In this document: positions 24,346 through 29,957 of the stretch, piece after piece
Position numbering within the stretch: the stretch's first letter is position 1
Layout of the letters: each line of letters starts with the position of its first letter
Virus record (IMG/VR): IMGVR_UViG_3300045988_042754
Location: 1 to 29,957 of that record
Source of the DNA: a virus
Strand: one strand, 5' to 3'
Length of the DNA stretch: 29,957 bases
Translations under genes and position numbers: made by a program
The notes under the pieces: generated by a model
The model's database searches: none
Seen by the model: the letters and a program-made list of their open reading frames with translations, nothing else
Told to the model about the DNA's origin: nothing

Positions 24346-24472
24346 TAACAGGATAGAGACCAACAAAAGACGCTCTTAGCACTTTTTGGCGACCAAGTAC
24401 TACACATTGTCCGGCTTCAACCGGAACACCCGTTAGAGGCCCCAAAGAATCGCCTACAGAGGCATGTATCCC

Positions 24473-24488
24473 GTCACCCGTACACTGG
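24473..24488 (+). promoter_or_regulatory. GTCACCC heptamer abutting a TACACTGG -10-like element upstream of whiB
   Basis: GTCACCCGTACACTGG ends 34 nt upstream of ATG 24523. Confidence 0.35.
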
Positions 24489-24522
24489 ATGGCGGGATAT
24501 TCTCGTATCTAGGAGGCAACCT

Positions 24523-24810
24523 ATGAGAACCGACTGGCAACACTCCGCCGCATGCCGTGACCTCGACCCAGATCTGTTCGTACCCGACTCGATGGACCTA
24601 GCCGGACTCGAAGTGGCGTTATCCACGTGCGAGACGTGCCCGGTGAAATCAGAATGCGCCCGGTTCGGCGAATGGGACGGCGTGGGTAGACCGGACAAGA
24701 AGCGTCGCACCCATGCTACCGGTGTATGGGGCGGCGTCTACTACTATCCGATGGGATTGGGCACGATGGACTTGAAACAATGCCGGAAACTGTTGAGAAA
24801 ACAGGGATAA
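24523..24810 (+). CDS. whiB: WhiB-family Fe-S transcription factor
   Basis: SD AGGAGG. The protein carries the four-Cys pattern AACRDLDPDLF...CETCPVKSEC and a GVWGG turn, followed by a basic tail. Confidence 0.8.
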   Translation: MRTDWQHSAACRDLDPDLFVPDSMDLAGLEVALSTCETCPVKSECARFGEWDGVGRPDKKRRTHATGVWGGVYYYPMGLGTMDLKQCRKLLRKQG

Positions 24811-24818
24811 GTCGTTAC

Positions 24819-24833
24819 AAGGTGTTACACTGG
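24819..24833 (+). promoter_or_regulatory. AAGGTGTTACACTGG element (copy 4, identical 15-mer to copy 1)
   Basis: It ends 23 nt upstream of GTG 24857. Confidence 0.5.
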
Positions 24834-24856
24834 AGTCAGCAAGGGAGGTGAACCAA

Positions 24857-25024
24857 GTGAAACTCGAAACCATCATGGCCGCGTTTCCAATGGGAGACCG
24901 CAACGTGTGCAGCGTATGCGGCAAGCCCCTACCGGACACCGCACAGCACCGCGACACGTGCTCCAACGCCTGCCGCGTATGGAAACACCGGCACCCCGGA
25001 CAGAAAAGGAAACCAAGGAAATAA
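24857..25024 (+). CDS. Small Zn-ribbon protein (55 aa), below the ORF-track cut-off
   Basis: GTG 24857 lies 8 nt after GGGAGG (24843-24848), with in-frame ATGs at 24875 and 24890 as alternative starts. I translated it as VKLETIMAAFPMGDRNVCSVCGKPLPDTAQHRDTCSNACRVWKHRHPGQKRKPRK. It has a CxxC...CxxxC pattern and a basic tail. Confidence 0.55.
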   Translation: MKLETIMAAFPMGDRNVCSVCGKPLPDTAQHRDTCSNACRVWKHRHPGQKRKPRK

Positions 25025-25064
25025 AACAAGAACACCCGTCAAGCATAGGAAAGGAACCCACATC

Positions 25065-25964
25065 ATGACACACACCAACCACGCGCTCCATCTGAACGCA
25101 TTTGCTGGAAACTGGACAATCGACCAGGACGGCACGCTCACCATCAAAGGACGGGATGACCGGTATCGCGGCGTCACGTTCCACCAACCCTACAACACGC
25201 TCGACTGGGAGCACAAGCAGGATGCCCGCGATCTGGACCGCGCCATCTGCATCATGGCCGAACCGGACGGTTACGTTGGATGTTACAGAATCGACCTTGA
25301 AGGCGATACCCTGTTCGCATGGTGCTACGACACCGACTCGCCAACCGGCATCCGCACCGTGACGATTATGCACGACGGCGTGAAAAGCGGTCAGGGACAG
25401 AACGTCTTCGCGGTCATCATTCCGAACCGTGTCGACCGTGAGAGTATCCACCTGACCGGCGACGATTCGCATGCGCCATTCCCCGGATCGCCTCTCCCCG
25501 CACTGTGCGAAATCGAATGGGAAGGATTGGATGACGGCGTGGACGTTTCCAATTGGCGGCCATGCTCTGAAGACGTTTCCGACTCAAGCAAAGTCACCTA
25601 CACGATGGCCCTTGACGCACTGCGGGCCGCACTGAACATCACGGCCGCGCACGCCCTCAGCATCGTGGACACCGCGTGCGAAAACGAGCCGACAGATCTC
25701 GGTGAATACTACACAGTCACAGGACACCGGTTCATTCAGCTACGACCGCACGAGTGGATCCCGGTACCATTCCCGGCCGAAGGTACGACATGGGATTGGG
25801 ATGACGTGAAGCTGGAGCTTGACGGGTTCCCGCTGATAGCATCCACGAACCCGCTGGCAGACTTGCCGTCCGACAAAATCAAAGCGTTGGAAGCCGGACT
25901 GGAGGCGTTGCGGACGCTGAGACTGTCCGGTGTTGACTGGCAGCGTCTCGCCGCCGAAGAGTAA
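25065..25964 (+). CDS. Hypothetical acidic protein (299 aa)
   Basis: SD AGGAAAGGA. The composition looks coding. I recognise no family. Confidence 0.6.
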   Translation: MTHTNHALHLNAFAGNWTIDQDGTLTIKGRDDRYRGVTFHQPYNTLDWEHKQDARDLDRAICIMAEPDGYVGCYRIDLEGDTLFAWCYDTDSPTGIRTVTIMHDGVKSGQGQNVFAVIIPNRVDRESIHLTGDDSHAPFPGSPLPALCEIEWEGLDDGVDVSNWRPCSEDVSDSSKVTYTMALDALRAALNITAAHALSIVDTACENEPTDLGEYYTVTGHRFIQLRPHEWIPVPFPAEGTTWDWDDVKLELDGFPLIASTNPLADLPSDKIKALEAGLEALRTLRLSGVDWQRLAAEE

Positions 25965-25973
25965 ACGTCCATG

Positions 25974-26008
25974 CCGTCCATTCTCCAAGTATCCTAGAGA
26001 ATGGACGG
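25974..26008 (+). terminator. 12-bp perfect stem-loop at an operon sub-boundary
   Basis: CCGTCCATTCTC (25974-25985) pairs with GAGAATGGACGG (25997-26008), followed by CTTATCTGATT. Confidence 0.5.
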
Positions 26009-26029
26009 CTTATCTGATTGGAGGAACGT

Positions 26030-26422
26030 ATGCCGGTCAAAAGCAAGCATCAGCAGAAATACAATGCCAATCCCACAGGCAAGGGCGGTTTTGGCGACAG
26101 GCCGTGGACGATCAACCGCACCGGTCGTTGGAACCCGGCCGACTCATACCCGGAACAGTTGCGCAGATATTTTCGCATGACCGCCGCACAGTTGGATGAA
26201 GAGTCCAGGAAAGACGGGTTGACCACGGCGCAGATGATGGCTCTGACCGCCATCAAGGATGCGATGATGCTGGAAGGCAAGGCGCGTATCGACGCCATCG
26301 AGAAACTGTCCGACCGTATCGACGGGCGGCCGTTGCAGGCGGTGGAACAGGCCGTATCGGTTGCAGCCCCGCCTCAGATCACGGTCGAGTTCCCGGATGA
26401 CAGTAGGGAGATTGAGAAATGA
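26030..26422 (+). CDS. DUF5681-like DNA-binding protein, putative small terminase subunit
   Basis: ATG 26030 follows GGAGGA. The N-terminal NPTGKGGFGDRPWTINRTGRWN and the C-terminal ...ARIDAIEKLSDRIDGRPLQ resemble motifs seen in small-terminase/DUF5681 proteins. This rests on recollection and was not searched. Confidence 0.35.
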   Translation: MPVKSKHQQKYNANPTGKGGFGDRPWTINRTGRWNPADSYPEQLRRYFRMTAAQLDEESRKDGLTTAQMMALTAIKDAMMLEGKARIDAIEKLSDRIDGRPLQAVEQAVSVAAPPQITVEFPDDSREIEK

Positions 26423-26667
26423 TTGACTTCGAAGCATTGAAAGCCCAGGTTGAGGATGACATGGCCCGCACGGATGCCGACTTCAGGTATCGTCGGTGGT
26501 GTGAGTCGAACGATATCGCGTGGGAGGAATTCACGTCGCTGATTATCGACCCGTCCTATTCGGTGTCCAGCCTGTTGCGCGTGTTGAAGGCGAACGGATT
26601 GGACACGACGGACGGGTCGTTGCGTAGTCTCAGGCGTCGTTTGGAAGGGGCCGTCCATGAGTCTTGA
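26419..26667 (+). CDS. Hypothetical small protein (82 aa), possible DNA-binding
   Basis: ATGA overlap with the upstream gene. It is helical and ends with a basic segment. Confidence 0.5.
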   Translation: MIDFEALKAQVEDDMARTDADFRYRRWCESNDIAWEEFTSLIIDPSYSVSSLLRVLKANGLDTTDGSLRSLRRRLEGAVHES

Positions 26668-27826
26668 GGATCTCCGGTCGCAGTTGAAGAATGATGCGAC
26701 CCGTGAGGCGAACAATCGTCTGAAGCCGGAATACCGGCCGCACGTGGAGATGGGCGCGACCAACGGAACCGCCGCGACTGGCCTCGTGTCCACGTCGCTT
26801 ATCGGGAACGATGATGACCTGTTGCGCTTGGCTGGATTGGATCCGGCCGAATGGTGTCTGGATGCCGGGTCGAAGAAAATCTGGTGTCATACCGACGATG
26901 ATGACAAGCGCAGCATCTACTTCGGTTTTCATAAGCGGAACAAGGATGATGCGGTGGCCGCTTGGCTGGCCGCGCCGTTCAAGGGCGTGGAGCCGGTGCA
27001 TGATGCTCCGTGCGAGGGTCTGCCGCTTATCGTCTGTCTGGCTGACATGCAGACCGGCAAAGCGGGTGAAGCGCACGGTGGGACGATGGAGCTTGTCGAA
27101 CGGTGCGAGAACATTCTTGGACAATTGAAGGCGTTGTGCGAGCGTGAGCGCCCGCGTGAAATCGTTGTGGCTGATCTCGGGGACATTTGCGAGGGCACGA
27201 ACAATCACACGTCCACGTCCCAGGCGAGCACGAACGATTTGCCGCAATCCGAACAATTGCGTGTGGCAGGGCGTATCCTTATGGAATACGTGACCACGCT
27301 CGCACCATTATGCGCTCATCTCACGTTGGCAGGCGTCCGCTCCAATCATGGCGAGGAACGTTTGGCGAATGGTCAGGTGAACGGTGTAGGCGATTGGGGT
27401 GTGGCTCTGATCAAGACCATCGGTGACGCCATCGAACTGTTGGATGGTGGTTTCAGGGAGCGTGTCACGGTGTTGACCGAACAGCCGTTGGCGCATGGTC
27501 TCGCTTTGGAGGTGGAGGGCGCTCATATCGCCATGCTTCACGGCCATTACGCGAAGAAGGTCACGAAGCTGGGAGATTGGGTGGCGCAACAGGCTGGCGG
27601 CATCCGTGACACGATCTATCGTGACGCCACGACCGTCATACACGGCCACTTCCACCATCTGACCGTGCAGGAAAGCCGTGGGCGCGTCATATACGGGTGT
27701 CCAGCCTTGGAATGCGGTTCTGACTGGTTGACCCGTTCGAACGGCGAGTACAGCAATCCAGGCGTCCTGACCTTGAGGGTGAAGGATGGCCGCACATGCG
27801 GCTTGCGGATATTCGAAAGGCAGTAG
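26657..27826 (+). CDS. Calcineurin-like metallophosphoesterase (Mre11/SbcD-like nuclease candidate)
   Basis: The ordered motifs are VVADLGDICEG (GDxxxxG), GVRSNHGE (GNHE-like), AMLHGH and VIHGHFHH (GHxH). Confidence 0.7.
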   Translation: MSLEDLRSQLKNDATREANNRLKPEYRPHVEMGATNGTAATGLVSTSLIGNDDDLLRLAGLDPAEWCLDAGSKKIWCHTDDDDKRSIYFGFHKRNKDDAVAAWLAAPFKGVEPVHDAPCEGLPLIVCLADMQTGKAGEAHGGTMELVERCENILGQLKALCERERPREIVVADLGDICEGTNNHTSTSQASTNDLPQSEQLRVAGRILMEYVTTLAPLCAHLTLAGVRSNHGEERLANGQVNGVGDWGVALIKTIGDAIELLDGGFRERVTVLTEQPLAHGLALEVEGAHIAMLHGHYAKKVTKLGDWVAQQAGGIRDTIYRDATTVIHGHFHHLTVQESRGRVIYGCPALECGSDWLTRSNGEYSNPGVLTLRVKDGRTCGLRIFERQ

Positions 27827-27830
27827 GACA

Positions 27831-27995
27831 ATGGGGCATCACATCGACCATGAACAGGTGTTCGGAGACACCATCGCCTACACGTGTTCATGCGGCAACA
27901 CGTATTACGGCTATTTCAACATGCTGGATCATGTGAAGGAAACGGAGCGCAGGAATGTCCAGAAACCGTACATCCGCGAAGCGTGCGGGGAGTAG
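27831..27995 (+). CDS. Hypothetical small protein (54 aa)
   Basis: ATG 27831 follows the upstream stop (TAG 27824-27826). It overlaps the next gene by 41 nt. Confidence 0.4.
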   Translation: MGHHIDHEQVFGDTIAYTCSCGNTYYGYFNMLDHVKETERRNVQKPYIREACGE

Positions 27996-28323
27996 TTTTG
28001 AACAGGCGACAGTGGATTACCTCAAAAAGGCCCTGAATCAGCCCGCTGTGGAACGTATACCTATGGGTGGCTCCAAGGATAGGGGCGACGTGGGAAACGT
28101 CCATACGAGGGCAGGTAGCCTTGTCGCCGTGGAATGCAAGAACGAGTCCACGCTACGCATACCGCAATACCTACGCGAAGCCAAAACGGAGGCCGGGCAT
28201 TACGGTGCCTTGTGCGGCGTGGCCGTGGTCAAACGTCGTGGTATCGGCATGACACCGGATCGAATGGGCGAACAACTCGTTTGCATGACGTTGGATGATC
28301 TGGTTCGGCTGTTGCTCGACTAG
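27955..28323 (+). CDS. PD-(D/E)xK nuclease, Holliday-junction resolvase-like
   Basis: The pattern is GSSFEQATVDYLKK...GGSKDRGDVGNV...LVAVECKNE, that is G-x-x-FE ... D ... ExK. Confidence 0.55.
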   Translation: MSRNRTSAKRAGSSFEQATVDYLKKALNQPAVERIPMGGSKDRGDVGNVHTRAGSLVAVECKNESTLRIPQYLREAKTEAGHYGALCGVAVVKRRGIGMTPDRMGEQLVCMTLDDLVRLLLD

Positions 28324-28337
28324 AATCGATGGTAGGA

Positions 28338-28383
28338 AAGCCCGCCTTCCAGCCTTGGCTTAAGGCCGCTGGACGGCGGGCTT
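28338..28383 (+). terminator. Long imperfect stem-loop between the nuclease gene and terL
   Basis: AAGCCCGCC (28338-28346) pairs with GGCGGGCTT (28375-28383). An inner TCCAGC/GCTGGA pairing is also present. Confidence 0.4.
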
Positions 28384-28404
28384 CAACATTCTCTGGAGGC
28401 CAAT

Positions 28405-29691
28405 ATGGAGAAGCGTCTGAAAGTGCCGAAACCGTTTCGTCCTTTGTTCTGGTATCTGCAAGGCGAGGAAACATCGCCGTACCGGTATTATGCGTTGAGC
28501 GGTGGTCGTTCGTCCGGCAAGTCCACGACGGCCGCGATAAGCATTCTGCTACGTTGCTCGATGACATGCACCCGTGTCCTATGCGCCCGTGAGTTCCAGA
28601 ACAGTATCACGGAATCCGTGCAACGGCTTCTCGTGGATCTTATCGACGGGTACGGGCTGGTCGGGTTCACCGTGACCCGTGACGAGATTCGGCATGATAA
28701 CGGTAGCGTAATCATGTTCAAGGGTTTGCACAACAACGAGCAGACCATCAAGAGCACTGAAGGCGTGGACGTTTGTTGGGTGGAGGAGGCGCAGACCATC
28801 ACGGAACCCTCATTGGAGACGCTTATACCGACCATCCGCAAGGAAGGGTCGTATCTTATCTTCACCTGGAACCCGCTGACCGAGGATGACCCTGTGATGC
28901 GCCGGTTCGTGTCCAGTCCAACGCCGGGCGACAAGGCGATGACCTACTACTGTCATACGACGTACAAGGACATGGAGGCTGTCGGCTTGTTGAACGACAC
29001 GATTCGTCTTCAGGTAGAGGCTGCGGAAGGCTCACCCGAGTTCGCACACACATGGCTTGGCCGTCCGTACAACACGACGAACAACCAGATCATAAGCCGT
29101 ACCGAGCTGGACGCCGCGTTGACGGACACGACGCCTTACAACGCCTCGCATGTGCTTGGCGTGGATATCGCCCGGTATGGCAACGATCGTACAGCGATGG
29201 CCGATTGTTGGGGGAATGTCGTGTGGCGTGTGGACTCGTGGCGTCATGCGTCGATACCGGAGACGGCGCGGCGCGTGAAGGCGTATGCGGTGGAGGTGAA
29301 CGCGACCGCCGTACATGTGGACGATACCGGTGTGGGTGGCGGAGTAACCGACCTGTTGCGCGAGTGGGGCGTGCCTGTGGTGGGTGTGAACTTCGCGCAG
29401 AAGGCCGTTGAACCGCGCAAGTATCCGAATGCGAACAGTGAGATGTGGTTCAATTTCGCCGGTTCGATTTCCAGACATGAATTGAACTTGAATGCGTCGA
29501 TGCCTCAGCTTGAGGATTTGTGTGCCGAACTGACGGGTCGTGGCTGGAAGCTGGATGCGCAGGGCAGGCGTGCGGTCGAGTCGAAGTCGGACTTCAAGGC
29601 CGTGGCCGGCGCGTCCCCCGATCTTGCGGACGCGGTGCTCTTATCCGCGTACAGACCTCCGAAGATGCCTTCATGGAACGTGGTGGTGTAA
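28405..29691 (+). CDS. terL: Terminase large subunit (Terminase_3 / PBSX-type)
   Basis: SD GGAGG. Walker A is LSGGRSSGKST and Walker B plus the catalytic Glu is VCWVEEAQ. The C-terminal nuclease half contains GVDIARYGNDRTA. Confidence 0.85.
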   Translation: MEKRLKVPKPFRPLFWYLQGEETSPYRYYALSGGRSSGKSTTAAISILLRCSMTCTRVLCAREFQNSITESVQRLLVDLIDGYGLVGFTVTRDEIRHDNGSVIMFKGLHNNEQTIKSTEGVDVCWVEEAQTITEPSLETLIPTIRKEGSYLIFTWNPLTEDDPVMRRFVSSPTPGDKAMTYYCHTTYKDMEAVGLLNDTIRLQVEAAEGSPEFAHTWLGRPYNTTNNQIISRTELDAALTDTTPYNASHVLGVDIARYGNDRTAMADCWGNVVWRVDSWRHASIPETARRVKAYAVEVNATAVHVDDTGVGGGVTDLLREWGVPVVGVNFAQKAVEPRKYPNANSEMWFNFAGSISRHELNLNASMPQLEDLCAELTGRGWKLDAQGRRAVESKSDFKAVAGASPDLADAVLLSAYRPPKMPSWNVVV

Positions 29692-29727
29692 CACCAAATG
29701 AACATTTTTTTTGTTCGTTTTGTGGTT

Positions 29728-29867
29728 AGGTGACTTTGGGTGACCTAAAAAAAACACCTCACCCAAGTTACCCAAATTACCCATTTTGACCCCGAATTTC
29801 AGGTAACGTTCAGGAAACATTAGGGGACTTGAAGCAAAGTCACCCAAAGTCACCCACCAAGTCACCC
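29728..29867. promoter_or_regulatory. Left half of the TerL-portal intergenic heptamer array
   Basis: AGGTGAC (29728) and GGGTGAC (29738) are in inverted orientation. CTCACCC, GTTACCC (29767) and ATTACCC (29776) follow. Three direct GTCACCC copies lie at 29839, 29849 and 29861, spaced 10 and 12 bp apart. T8 (29705-29712) and A8 (29747-29754) flank the array. Confidence 0.6.
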
Positions 29868-29957
29868 GGTCTAAAGACATACGGGAGTAGGGCTAAGTCA
29901 ATGTGGGTAACTTGGGTGACCACCTACTCTGTCCAAAAATTTTTAAGAAAAAAAAAG
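29863..29957. repeat. Terminal direct repeat, copy 2 (identical to 1-95)
   Basis: Exact 95-nt match to the window start. Confidence 0.95.

Larger units (their letters stand above)
1..29862. mobile_element. Complete siphovirus-like dsDNA phage genome unit (circularly closed assembly)
   Basis: Full set of terminase, portal, capsid, connector, tail, lysis and replication genes. The window ends overlap exactly by 95 nt. Confidence 0.85.

Noticed and set aside
23971-24366. Minus-strand 131-aa ORF opposite the first early gene
   Set aside because: It has antisense-type composition and no SD. The plus-strand ORF 24058-24345 has an SD, an upstream promoter element and coding-like composition.
24464-24526. 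20-codon upstream ORF ending in an ATGA overlap with the whiB start
   Set aside because: The only SD-like sequence (AGAGG) is 1 nt from its ATG. The putative whiB promoter element (24481-24488) lies downstream of that ATG, so the uORF would not be on the transcript. It remains possible if transcription reads through from upstream.
29685-29695. GGTGTAACACC palindrome overlapping the terL stop codon, resembling the promoter 13-mer
   Set aside because: On the minus strand the -10 would read TACACC, which lacks the final T, and transcription would run antisense into terL. On the plus strand the stem is too short (a 1-nt centre) to form a terminator. It is probably a partial or chance match.
29671-29880. 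Minus-strand 69-aa ORF in the TerL-portal gap, and the N-terminal extensions of ORFs 22063-23817, 20444-20998, 21005-22045, 2586-4505 and 5101-5817
   Set aside because: These stretches translate repeat or hairpin DNA (WWVT and GNLGNLG peptides come from the heptamers). Internal ATGs with good SDs give starts that respect the intergenic hairpins.
1-29957. Integrase, excisionase, repressor, tRNA, DGR reverse transcriptase, toxin-antitoxin or methyltransferase genes
   Set aside because: I recognised no ORF with the corresponding motifs in any frame. This is a by-eye assessment only, and diverged homologues would need profile searches.

Overview
The window is one complete tailed-phage genome that closes on itself. 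Nucleotides 1-95 are repeated exactly at 29863-29957, giving a unit length of 29,862 bp. It is GC-rich, uses strong AGGAGG-type ribosome-binding sites (SD) and has many ATGA/GTGA coupled gene junctions. It carries a WhiB-like gene, so an actinobacterial host is likely (inference). Layout: (1) A plus-strand virion and lysis arm at 255-19140. It encodes a portal-MuF fusion, a Com-like zinc finger, a prohead-protease/major-capsid fusion, a surface or decoration protein, four head-tail connector genes, an Ig-tagged major tail protein, two chaperone-position ORFs, the tape measure, Dit, Tal, a BppU-like fibre, a TM/coiled-coil protein, a signal-peptide GH25-LysM-CW_7-LysM endolysin and a holin. (2) A minus-strand block at 19205-23670. 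It encodes a P-loop helicase and an AEP prim-pol, followed by four small accessory genes that include a glutaredoxin-like protein and a CxxC membrane protein. (3) A plus-strand early and packaging arm at 24058-29691. It encodes WhiB, a Zn-ribbon ORF below the track cut-off, a DUF5681-like putative small terminase, a metallophosphoesterase, a PD-(D/E)xK resolvase-like nuclease and a PBSX-type large terminase. No integrase, repressor, tRNA or CRISPR array was found. Non-coding signals the genes do not explain: (a) two about 300-bp arrays of GTCACCC/GGGTGAC heptamers sharing a 21-bp dyad unit next to AT-rich tracts, one at the TerL-portal junction and one in the divergent region between the helicase and the early operon; (b) a recurring AAGGTGTTACACTGG extended -10-like element upstream of early and accessory genes; (c) an orphan plus-strand promoter-to-terminator unit at 20294-20434 between minus-strand genes, a candidate ~105-nt sRNA that displays anti-SD motifs. 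All product calls come from motif recognition by eye, and no database search was run.
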